Assembly: GCF_001194135.2 (NCBI RefSeq)
Contig: NC_068998.1
Coordinates: 44,835,574-44,899,573 of the forward strand
Length of the DNA: 64,000 bases
Source: Octopus bimaculoides
Taxonomy: Eukaryota
Direction: 5' to 3'
Positions 1 to 10,810 of this stretch are shown here, piece by piece. Position 1 is the first letter of the stretch. Each line of letters begins with the position of its first letter. A model generated the notes under the pieces. It saw only the letters and a program-made list of their open reading frames with translations. It had not been told where the DNA came from and did no database searches. The position numbers and the translations under genes are program-made.

Positions 1-359
1 AATTAATATAATGGAACACATATAACCAATAACAGTCTGAGTTGAATTATCCAAATGATGGATGAATCATATAACCACCAGAATTTGCAATGTTTTATTT
101 TGTCCTCTGTAATTTTTTAACAGATATAAAGTCTTGTTATTTTTTAATTTTTGTTTCTTGTACTATTTCCATGAGTTAAGACATAACATATATTATATAA
201 TGGTATGCAAGATTCCTTAGTAAAATGAAGGGAGACCTTATACAGCCCTGTTAAAAGAACATGAAAAGTAGGTTTCATCTGATTACATCTTTTGTCAACC
301 TCACAAGCATTGAAAACAGAGGGCACCATAATTATAGCAATATTTAAGGGTTTCTGTAG

Positions 360-492
360 TTAGTTAACTATTATCTTAAATAACATGGTCCTAGACTCGT
401 TATGTCTGAAAAAAAGAGGGACAATGGTCAAGGCTCAAATGCATTTGCTCATAGGTCTATTCAATCAGGACTGATCTTGGATTAAACAACAG
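360..492 (+). mobile_element. Degenerate interspersed repeat, tail family G
   Basis: Motif ...aatgcatttgctcataggtctattcaatcaggactgatcttggattaaacaac recurs in diverged form at ~10520-10625, 19400-19475, 24660-24745, 29790-29850 and 32310-32400. Boundaries approximate. Confidence 0.5.
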
Positions 493-543
493 CAGTTACA
501 GGTTTATATAGGAAGAACATTTCACCACTGTATGTAGTGGCAG

Positions 544-926
544 AGTGGTGGTGCAATGGTTAGGGCAGCGGATTTGCGGTCATAGGATCGCGGTTTCGAT
601 TCCCAGACCGGGCGTTGTGAGTGTTTATTGAGTGAAAACACCTAAAGCTCCATGAGGCTCCAGCAGGGGATGATGGCGAACCCTGTTGTATTCTTTCACC
701 ACAACTTTCTCTCACTCTTACTTTCTGTTTCTGTTGTGCTTGTAATTCAAAGAGTCAGCCTTGTCACACTGTGTCACGCTGAATATCCCCGAGAACTACG
801 TTAAAAATACACGTGTCTGTGGAGTGCTCAGCCACTTGCACGTTAATTTCACGAGCAGGCTGTTCCGTTGATCGGATCAACTGGAACCCTTGACATCGTA
901 AGCGACGGAGTGCCAACAAACAACAA
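544..926 (+). mobile_element. tRNA-derived SINE, family A
   Basis: Pol III A/B-box-like head (tggttaggg...ggtttcgattcc) and AAC-rich tail. Exact 10-bp TSD gtagtggcag at 534-543 and 927-936. Full-length homolog at 56700-57081. Confidence 0.9.
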
Positions 927-1429
927 GTAGTGGCAGTACTGTAAAATTAACAAGAGGCCCACAAGCTTATAGTTCTGAGTTCAACCCCTCATAAGAGACA
1001 TATAGCTTGGAGAGGAAAGGGCACTGTGCCAAGTTCATTTGCCCCAGGTGTACCACACGAAGACAAAATCTTCAGTGGTAAACCATTCCATGGATGTCAC
1101 TGAGTTTATAGAATTCATCAGTCACTGGATTCTTTGCATGATGCAGTCTTGTATAGGTGCGAAAGTAAATCAATATTATATAAATTCTTAGATAGGTTTC
1201 CATTCTTGCATATTTTAGAGACCCTTTTAACATTGGAGTTAATTACATAACCTCAATCTATATTAATTAGATTAGATGAGCCACAACTGGTGTGAATGAT
1301 GTCAAATTTAATCTAAATATATAAAACCATGGCATGTTGCAGTTACAGCTCACTCTTCTTCTAACTGAATGAAGCTTGCACGGCTGTCACCTTTGTGATA
1401 TCAATTTGGAAATGTGTCACTGTCACATA

Positions 1430-2004
1430 TATCATCATCACCATCATCATCATCATCATCATAATCCTCAGCAGCAACAACAGGTCTTCTATCCTATTAA
1501 TCATCATCATCATCATAATCCTCAGCAGCAACAACAGGTCTTCTATCCTATTAATCATCATCATCATCATCAGCAGCAGCAGCAGCTGCAGCATTTTCTT
1601 CACCTTCCTCATCACTGACACTATCATCATTCAGCCTGACCATCAGTGTTATCACTCTTCCCAGCACCACCACCACCACCACCTCCACGGCCACCATCAT
1701 CATCAGCATCACCACCACTATCACTATCATCATCATTACTGCCAGCATCGTCACCATCATCATCATCATTATCATTGTCGTCGTCATCCTTCCCATCTTA
1801 TTCACCAACACCATCATCATGACCATCACATCATCATGACCATCACATCATCACTGCCACTGCGATTATTACAATCGCCACAATTATTATCACCAGCACC
1901 ACCACCACCACCATCATCATCATCGTTAACAACATATCAGCTTCATCACCATTTCCTTCAAAACCAGTAACTCCATGATTACCACCACCACCAGCATCAT
2001 CATT
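1430..2004. repeat. (CAT)/(CAC)/(CAG) low-complexity trinucleotide region
   Basis: Directly visible; source of the poly-H/I/S ORFs in the track. Confidence 0.95.
1463..1570 (+). repeat. Perfect 54-bp tandem duplication
   Basis: aatcctcagcagcaacaacaggtcttctatcctattaatcatcatcatcatcat at 1463-1516 and 1517-1570. Confidence 0.95.
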
Positions 2005-2038
2005 ATGTACGTATGTGTGTGTAAATATATATATATAT

Positions 2039-2071
<33 letters not shown>

Positions 2072-2340
2072 TGTATGTCTTTGTATGTTGATCAGTGTAA
2101 AGTAGAAGGCGAACATCTACCTGAGTTCTGTTTTATTCTTCGGTAAAATTTTTTCCAAGGTTTTCTTCTATTGGTGAGAAAGAAGGGGGAGGTGTTTCTT
2201 TAATTTCACACCGATGTCAGATCTTGGAATTCATTAAAGGTGTTTTACACCTTAATGAAAAAATAACTGACTCCGTTACATTGCAGATGGTGATTAACTA
2301 ATAGTCTTCATCGATGCTTACGTTATCTCTCTCTCTTTCC

Positions 2341-2371
<31 letters not shown>

Positions 2372-2445
2372 CACACACATATATATGCATGCATACATAT
2401 ATATATATATATATATATGCACACAGACACACACATATACATACA

Positions 2446-2567
2446 GGCATCCAGCTGTAGAAACTGTTCCAGATCAGATTGGAGCCTGGTGCGGCCATCT
2501 GGCTCACCAGTCCCCAGTCAAACTGTCCAACCCATGCCAGCATGGGAAGCAGACGTTAAACGATGAT
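2446..2567 (+). mobile_element. Retroposon 3' end, family F ((GAT)n tail)
   Basis: gcatccagctgtagaaac...ccatgccagcatgggaagcagacgttaaacgatgat. Homologs at 19554-19700, 24985-25120, 29566-29668, 38031-38270, 41860-41945, 54235-54365 and 60386-60630. Confidence 0.85.
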
Positions 2568-2919
2568 ATATATACTTAAACAAGAAAAGACATCACTCCA
2601 CTATATCATAACCTCTGATATAGACCCCACCCCACCAGTGAACAGCAAATAGTCACATGATTGCTTGTCTGGTTTCATGATTTCTCTTAAAATTAAACTT
2701 GTATTTTTAACTCGAAAATGTTCTTTCTCTTTGTATTAGCCTTTAAGGCTAATCACACAAAATATGTTGTTTTTCTTTCTTTACTTCACACACTGATGCA
2801 ATAAAATAATAATGATGATGACGATGATGTTGATTACAACAACAACAATGATGATGATAAAAATGATGATGATGATGATCCCAAATAATGTATGTTTTTT
2901 TCCTTACTTTTAATCATGT

Positions 2920-2958
2920 CTAACACAATTTTCTTTCTTCTTTTAATTACAGGTAAGT
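2920..2958 (+). other. Candidate recursive splice site (3'ss fused to 5'ss): ctaac branch, polypyrimidine tract, tacAG|GTAAGT
   Basis: Branch-like ctaac at 2920-2924, tract ttttctttcttcttttaattac, AG at 2951-2952, consensus donor GTAAGT at 2953-2958. No other AG dinucleotide between 2748 and 2950. Confidence 0.5.
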
Positions 2959-3605
2959 TTCTACCTGGCAGTACTAAAGCAGACAGTTTACCTTGTTTGG
3001 TTTGATATATATATTTCCTATCTTTTCACTTGTTTCGAAGTTTTGTACTTTTATTTGAAATGTCCTAAAAACATAGAGCATTTACCCATGAAGTCAATTT
3101 TAACTGATTGATCAACTCAGTTCTGCATTCATAGACTACGTTCAATAAACTCCTTCTGAGCTTTTAAGATGTGGACCTCAAGCAATTATTTTTATAATAT
3201 GAACAACACCAAAGACAATTTAGTTTTAGTTAAAGTTTGCTATTAAATTTGTTATACAGATGAAACATTAACAATGTTCCCCACAATATTTGCAGACCAC
3301 ACTTCCAGAATTGTGCGACAGATGTAGAGAATGATTGTTCTGAATATTTTAATGAAAGGTCAACTTTGAGAAAACATAGATAATTTGTTAAAAATAAACA
3401 AATACTGTATTATTTTTCTCTTTCCAAAACAAACGCTGTCATAGACAAAATGACACATATTTTGAGAAAGTTTGTTGTCAATTAAATTGACCCCAGTATA
3501 TGACTGGTGTGATTCCAGAAGGAAGAGAAGTACAGCCGACCTTGGAAAATGATATCCCAAAAATATATTGATATTGTATTATTTTTCTCTTCCCAAAACA
3601 TAAAC

Positions 3606-3783
3606 ATTCATATATTTGGAGCAAAAACTTAACATTCATAATAATCATGTATTCTAACATATTTTGAGAAAGTTTGTTGTTATGTTGATATCAGTATGTG
3701 ACTGGTATGATCCTGGAAGAGAGAGTAACACAGTTGGCCTTGGCAAGATTTGAAAATGAATTGTAAACTGCTGTAACTTTATA
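3606..3783 (+). repeat. Local duplication, copy 1 (copy 2 at 5021-5203)
   Basis: ttggagcaaaaacttaacattcataataatcatgtattcta...caagatttgaaaatgaattgtaaactg is shared. Partial earlier units at ~3404-3545. Confidence 0.85.
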
Positions 3784-3842
3784 TGGCAAAGCATAAAATG
3801 TATAAGTGCTTTTTCTGATACTGCCATCTATCTGCCTGTAAG

Positions 3843-4010
3843 CACTAGCATAGCTAGAGTGTGTTCCACCCAGGGTGGCCCTTCCATTTGCCACCCCTGG
3901 ACACCACAACAATTACATATTGTCTACAGCAGACCCAAAAGTGCTGCCCCTTTAAAAGTTCCGCCTGGGGCAGACCACCCCTACTGCCTCCTACCCTAGC
4001 TATGCTAGTG
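3843..4010. mobile_element. hAT-superfamily MITE
   Basis: Perfect 15-bp TIR cactagcatagctag / ctagctatgctagtg. Exact 8-bp TSD cctgtaag at 3835-3842 and 4011-4018; an 8-bp TSD is characteristic of hAT. Confidence 0.85.
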
Positions 4011-4219
4011 CCTGTAAGATGTTTAAGACAGGCTCATGGACACTAATTTTTAGAACAGGAAGGAACATAGAACTCTCAACTCTCAACTATAGAAATATTC
4101 ATCTTTGGTTGGTATTTTATCCACATTGGAAGAGAAAAGGCAATACATAGAGGGAGGTAAATGGAACACTACTGAGTCTGACACTCAGTTACCCCGGCCA
4201 ATTGACTATACTTTCATAA

Positions 4220-5020
4220 TGGCTTCAAAGTTTGTCACAAGGGCAACAATTTGGGGGGAGGAGATGAGTCGATTACATCGACCCCGGTGTTCAAATCGTA
4301 CTTATTTTATCAACTCCGAAAGGGTGAAAGATAAAATTGACCTCGGTGAAGTTTGAACTCAGAACGTAGCGGCAGGTGAAATACAGCTAAGCATTTTGTC
4401 CTGCATGCTAATGATTTTGCCAGCCTTTGACTATCCTTTCATAATAATGATACCAGCAACAACAACAACATCAGCAGTTTATGATTTAGGCACAAAGTCA
4501 GCAATGTTAAGAGGTGGGAGTTGAGTTAATTCCATCAACCCTTATACTTGGCTGGTACTTTAGTTTTATCAACCCCAAAAGGACAAAAGACAAAATCTAC
4601 CTTACTCAGAACATATAGTGTTGGAACAAATACCATGAGGCACTTAATACAATTATCTTAATCGTCCTGGCAGTTCTTGCCATTTTTAATAATAATGGTA
4701 ATCTTTTCTACAATAGGCACAAGGCCTAAATTTTGCAAAGAGCCGACTAGTTGATAACATCAACTACAGTGCTCAACTGGGACTTGTTTTTTTTCGACCC
4801 CAAAAGGATGAAAAGCAAAGTCAACCTCAGCTGAATTTGAACTCAGGCAAACAATTCTGCCCACTCACCACCTTCTTTAGTGATAATTATTATAAGAATC
4901 TTTAATATAGTCCCAAAGCCAGAAATTTTGTGGGATTGTTTCTGTTTTATTGACTCACTCCATCTCAAGTTGGATAGAAGATGAAGTTAGTCTTGGTAGG
5001 AGTTGAACTCAGAACAGAAA
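4220..5020 (-). mobile_element. Stack of 3-4 head-to-tail SINE family E copies
   Basis: Repeated tttgaactcagaac / gtcgacctc-like / ggtactt-tttatcgacccc-aaagg-tgaaag modules at ~4220-4425, 4480-4683, 4701-4873 and a degenerate one at 4895-5020, separated by AAT/AAC tracts. Confidence 0.8.
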
Positions 5021-5203
5021 ATTCATACGTTTGGAGCAAAAACTTAACATTCATAATAATCATGTATTCTAAAATATTTTGAGAAAGTTTGTTGTTAATT
5101 ATGTTGATCTCAGTTATGTAACTGGCATGACCATGGAAGGGAGAGAAACACAATTGGCCTTAGCAAGATTTGAAAATGAATTGTAAACTGGTGTAACTTT
5201 ATA
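5021..5203 (+). repeat. Local duplication, copy 2
   Basis: Aligns to 3606-3783. Confidence 0.85.
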
Positions 5204-5723
5204 AATACCACAGAAACATAATGTCCACTATTGATTCTTCATTATTTTGAAATAAATGGAAATTCTAGAATGCCAAACTTCATGGGTATATGCATATGTT
5301 AAGGGCATTATCAAATTAGAATTAGTTTGATTGAATTGCATGCTTTTATAGTGATTTGTTCTTATTCCTGTCTCCAATCCATCCTTGCCATCTTGTAAGA
5401 ATGTTCAAGCTTCCCCCAACTATTTGCATGTTATATACAGTTTTATAGTTGTTGCTGTTGGTGTGGCACCTGAATTTTTTTTACAGATTTTTTTATTTAA
5501 AACGTGCATTATTATTTAGTGAGATGTATCTCAGTATATAGACAAATAGCATCTTGTTTATTTTTTTTACATATTTGTATCCTTTTAAATCCCTGTTCCC
5601 ATTAGTTTGCCTCATGAAATCTTTGTATGTAGACCCATATATGTTTATTTGTATCTGCTTTGTGGAGTGATGTTATGTGCTTTTACTTTCTTTTGTCCAT
5701 TTACTAGCTTAGAATATTTTCAA

Positions 5724-5766
<43 letters not shown>

Positions 5767-6121
5767 TTAAGTCATGCATGTGTTGGGAGTAACACNNNNN
5801 NNNNNTAACACAATTATAGTTTGAATCATATAACAACAAAAGGGTTCCATGAGCTTCTTTTGTTAAGTTGAAATACTCAGACCTATATTGCATTTAAGAA
5901 CAACCTTGTCTGAAGACTGCAAAGCCACATCTTAGTGTGAAACTAGCAGCGTTGCCTTTCTTTTATCTTGTAAGTTCATGTAACCGTAATATATATATAT
6001 ACATACATACATACATACATACATTCCTAAAGAAATAATTGAGATTCAGTTGAATTAGGTACTTAAGTTGAAGCACCGAGTCAGTCTGGTATTATCCGCA
6101 CAGCTCGAAGAAGCGTGAATA

Positions 6122-6349
6122 CAATCAAAATAAGCAATAGGATATCAAGTAATGATGCAGTGCAACTGTTTCAAGGGGATCCATTTAATTGAATATCAAT
6201 TTAAATGCAGTGCCATCTTTATTTATTTGTGCAGCTGAAGATGGCGCTGCATTTAAATTGATGTAATGATTGTATTGTTCAATTAAATGGAGCCACTTGA
6301 AACAGTCGTACTGCATCACTACTTGATATCCTGTTGCTTAATCTGATTA
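6122..6349. mobile_element. Foldback (palindromic) MITE, TA-flanked
   Basis: ~100-bp imperfect inverted arms (aatcaaaataagcaataggatatcaagt...gccatctt / aagatggc...acttgatatcctgttgcttaatctgatt) around a ~17-nt centre. TA at 6120-6121 and 6350-6351. Confidence 0.8.
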
Positions 6350-6355
6350 TATATA

Positions 6356-7559
6356 CAGGGTGTCCCCAAAAATGTATACACATTTTAAATAATTCTAAAA
6401 TAGATGTTTATTGAAATATATTTCATTTACAAAATTTAATAGAATCTACAGACATTGTTTTATTGTTTTGTCAACAACTGTTTTCAAACTGGTGTCCGTT
6501 CTGGTCCAGGCAATGCTGACAATGCAAAGCATTGGAATCGCAAACATCATGAAACAATTCGTTTGGTATTTGTGTGCATTCTTGTTCAATGGCTGCTCTC
6601 AAATCATCGAATGTTGCAGGTTTCATAGCGTAGACATTGTCTTTTAGGTATCCCCCACAAAAAAAAATGTCTAGTGTATGAGGTTTGGTGAACATGGAGG
6701 GTATTTAATGAAACACATTCGTCCAATCCATCTCTTTGGCAAGATCTCATCAAGCAAGGATCTAACATCATGATGGTAGTGTGGGTGGTACCCCATCTTG
6801 CTGAAAATAAATTGCATCTTCAAAGTTCTCTCTAAAGCTCCAATTAATAATCCAATAAATCCTCTTGATGATAAACTATACCACATTGTAAATCCTCTTA
6901 AATTAAAATATGGCGTTCCACCATAACATGCAAATTCTCAGATCCCCAGTAGGTGTAACTGGCAGTTAATTGAACCATTTAATTTGAATGTGGCCTCATC
7001 ACCCCACACAATATTTGTTGTAAAGTGTGCATCTTCTACTCTTCATGCCAAGTATGATTCACAATACTGCACTCTTCGGTCTGGATCATCATTATTAATA
7101 GCATGGATTAATCTTGGAACTTAACTTTTCCTTTGACAACACTTCAAAATGTGATGGACAAACGATTTTGAAATACCTACCTCATAACTCGGTTGCCGCA
7201 CAGGTTTTTCTTGGACTTTGGTGATATATTTCCAGCACTCCTTCTTGCTTTGTTAAGGTTGTTGATGTTTGTAGTCTTCTGGAATGCCTCTTGTGGACAT
7301 TCTGAACAGTTCCATTGGCTTCAAATTTACCTCTAAGTGATAGTAAGTCACATTCGTGGATCTGTTTGAAACTCCTTCGTAAACTGTCTTTGCACTTCAA
7401 CTGCGTTTTCACACTTCCAATAGCATTTCAGAGTGAATTTCCTCTGTTCAAAGCTTAGTCTGACATCATCATTAATTCCAATGGGTTTAATCTGGAAAGA
7501 AAAAACATCAGTTGAATTATCAGTTGCTAAAGTGTGAATACATTTTTTAGGACACCCTG
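6356..7559 (-). mobile_element. Decayed Tc1/mariner-superfamily DNA transposon
   Basis: TIRs cagggtgtccccaaaaatgtatacac / gtgtgaatacattttttaggacaccctg with TA on both sides. Minus-strand transposase remnants: N-terminal [59 protein letters not shown], ..GHQFE. Broken by frameshifts, stops and an internal deletion. Confidence 0.93.
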
Positions 7560-8919
7560 TATATATATATATATATATATATGTATAAGTGATATTCAAT
7601 TCATAGCCACTTTAACATGGCTGGCCATTCAAGTGGACTCAACTGCGAATTTTTTAACCCCAAGAGGACATCTCCTCTAGCTGGCTAATGATGCACCGCT
7701 GCATCCGATTAAATTGTGAGCAGGGGAGTAAACCCCTATCATCTCCTAGCAACAGGACCAGTAGACCAGTCCTGGTTTTGGACTATTTCTGCCACTCCTC
7801 AATAGTGGAAACCTCGTATGCATGTGTATTAAACGAACATGTCAATTAACAACAAAAATAATAGGGCTAATGTGAAAATGATTTTCTCTTTAGTCTATAT
7901 TTGTTTCGGAAGAAATTTCACTTTCAACATTATAATGAGTATCCAACATTCTTGCTATGTGTACATATGTGCGTGTGTGTGTTTTTGTGAATGTGTTTGA
8001 CATGCATATAGATTATCAAGCAAGTTTATAAATGATAAGGAGTGAAATACTCAATAGAATGAATATAGAGTTAATTTACATATATATATATATATATATA
8101 TATATTACACCTTTGCAAGCATGAAATACTCAGCTCCTCATGTTAGCAGTAGTTTCAGGTCCCATGGAAATTCACTCAATACTTAATGTGCCATTGAATG
8201 ATTTTGAAACTACTTGTAACATGAATTGACTAGTTTATACTTTTGCGTGTGTGTGCGTGTGTATTTGGTTTTTCAAGATGACTGTATCTTGTACACTGCT
8301 GTTCAATTATTTATGTTAGTGGTGGAAGTTCAGTTTATCTTTCACTTGAATACCCAGATAATTTTGTTTACCAGTTTGTGTTTGTGTATCCATTCTTGTC
8401 TAAGCATATAACGTACCCAAGTGTTAATACACACACACACACACACATGAAGGTAGAAAGATATTAGATACGTTCTTCATAGTAAAGATATATTGATGGA
8501 CATCTTATATTTTTATCTGGGCATATATTAACTATTTGTGGTTCTTCTTTACAATTTTTTTATTATTTTTCATCCATTTTTTTAAGACTATGATTACATT
8601 TTTGTACTATTTTTCCTTGCTTTTTCAAAAAAAAAAATATTCCTATTCATTTATTTCTAGAAAAATGTTTTTATTTTCTTTACTAACATCTTTCTTTTCT
8701 TTCATTCTCTTTGATACTTCTTTTCTTTCTTTTCACCCTTCCCCTCTTACATCATCACTCTTTCTTACCTCTCTCTCTCTCTCAACATATGTTATTGTCT
8801 TTCTCTCTTTTATGATATAATACATGAAACACAGTCTGTATATCCTTGGCAGTCACCGTGAATTTTCAACAACACCCCTCCTCCTCAGTCTACTTCATCT
8901 TAGACTGAGATGTACATTT

Positions 8920-9650
8920 ATATGGTAACATTAGTGATGATATTGGCGGTAGTGGTATTAGTGGTACTAGCATTGTAGTGTTGGTACTGGTGTGGTTAGA
9001 GTCAGTACTAGTGATACTGGTGATGGTCGCGCTAGATGTATTGGTACTTGTGATGTTGGTGGCAGTGATGATGCTAGGGGTACTAGTGCTTGTATTGGTG
9101 GTGGTGGTGGTGGTGGTGGTGGCAGTATTGGTGGTGATGGTAGTGGTGGTGGTGGAAGTGCTTGTGATGTTAGTATGAGTATTAGTGGAACTATTGGTGT
9201 TAGCATGTGTATTGGTGGTAGGTATTGGCAATCGTAGGGGTGTTAGTATCTGTACTGGTGGTCTTGGCACTAACGATGCTGTTAGTGATGCTGTTTGTTG
9301 ATGAAAGGTGGCAGAAAATTATGATGATGATGGTGGCGGCGGCGGCGATGGCGCTCGTGGTGGTGGTGGTGGTGGTGGTGGTGGTGGTGATTATGTCTAC
9401 CCTTGAAACCAATGTAATACCAGTACCGAAGAACAGTTGCAATGACCCCAGACCGCGGTGGTGGTGGTGTTAGTGGCAATGATAATGATGGTGATGGTGG
9501 TGGGGAAGATGATGGTGTGGATATTGATGGTGGTGGTGGTGGTGGTGTTGGTGATGACATTGATGGTGGTGGTGGTTGATGATGGTGATGATTGACTATA
9601 ATGATGGTAGTGGTGGTGGTGGTGGTAGTGGTTTTGACCATGATGATGAT
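8920..9650. repeat. (GGT)/(GTA)/(GAT)-rich low-complexity region
   Basis: Directly visible. Confidence 0.9.
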
Positions 9651-10049
9651 AAAGTGGAGGAGGGGGCGAGGGGTTAATAGTGGCAGTGGCAGTGAGATGG
9701 AGTGATTGATGTTAGGGAAACATGATGAAGAAGAAGAAGAACGACGAGAAGAAGATTCTGGCGATGTAAGGTGAGGCTAATAATGGAAGACTGTTTAAAT
9801 GAAGATGGTTAGATGAAGGAAATGAAGGATGATGCTGGAAACGAAGAGAAACTTAGGGGGAAACTTAGGTATGATAGCTAGGTGGGTGGGTGGGAGGAGA
9901 AGAAAGATTGAGGATGTCAGCGGGGGAAATGAGGATAATTGAATAGGGATGATGCTTATAGATAATAATGGAAACAGCAATGCTGGTGATGACAATTATA
10001 ATGTGGGTTAGAAAGAGCAGGAGGAAGATGCCAGCGGTGGTGATGGCTA

Positions 10050-10330
10050 CAACCCTGTCCTACTGCTACTACCACCACCGCTACTTATTACAATTGATAC
10101 TACTACTACTACTACTACTACTACTACAACCACCACCTCCACCACTATTACAACCATCACCACCACTATTACAACCACCACCTCTACAACCACCACTACA
10201 ACCACCGTCACCACTACTCCTGCTACTACTACCACCACAACCACCACTACTACTACTACTACAGTCACCACTGCAACCACCACCACTACTGTTTCTACTA
10301 CAACCACTACCACCACCACTACTACTACAA
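10050..10330. repeat. (ACC)/(ACT) low-complexity region
   Basis: Directly visible; complementary in composition to 8920-9650. Confidence 0.9.
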
Positions 10331-10334
10331 TCAT

Positions 10335-10470
10335 ATTGGACTTTTATTTGTCAATCCTGAAAGGATGCAAGGTAAAGCTGCCTTCAGTGGGATCTGAACT
10401 CAGAGTTTAAAGAGGTAGACTGCACACTACAAGGCATTTTATTCAACACTGTAAGAGCATTACCAACTGG
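10335..10470 (-). mobile_element. SINE family E fragment
   Basis: ttttatttgtcaatcctgaaaggatgcaaggtaaagctgccttcagtgggatctgaactcag is the reverse of the E core. Confidence 0.7.
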
Positions 10471-10631
10471 TTGCCTTAATCCAACTTGTCACCTTAATCC
10501 AATTGGTCACCTTAATCCAACCCTAACATCTTGAGAAAAGATACATTGGGTAAATGTAGTCCAAGGTACACTAAAAAAACAGACTGGATGATCATGGCTG
10601 GAATGCTTTTGATCATAGGTTTGTTGAATCA

Positions 10632-10810
10632 TGCTTAGCGGCATTTTGTCCATTTCCACGTTTGAGTTCAAATTCTACTGAGGTCGTCTTTACCTTTTGT
10701 CCTTTTGGGGGGTCAATAAAATAAGTACCAGCTGTGTACTGGGGTCAACGTAATCAACTTACCCTCTTCCCTCAACATTGCTCTACTTGTGCCTAAATAT
10801 GAAATCGATA
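10632..10810 (+). mobile_element. SINE family E fragment
   Basis: atgcttagcggcattt...gagttcaaattctactgaggtc...ataagtaccag...ggggtcaacgtaatc. Confidence 0.8.

Noticed and set aside
2230-2259. Short perfect or near-perfect hairpins (also 8884-8909, 15207-15231, 23084-23103)
   Set aside because: 8-14-bp stems are expected at this AT content; too short for pre-miRNAs, and intrinsic terminators are not relevant here.
5903-5960. CUGAAGA...GAAAC...GUU hammerhead-like words
   Set aside because: Stem I pairs for only ~2 bp and the stem II junction is C.U; shows the chance background for such motifs.
8890-10360. Pro/Thr/Val/Gly-rich ORFs resembling mucins or extensins
   Set aside because: Open in several frames on both strands because the trinucleotide repeats lack stops; no splice or compositional support.
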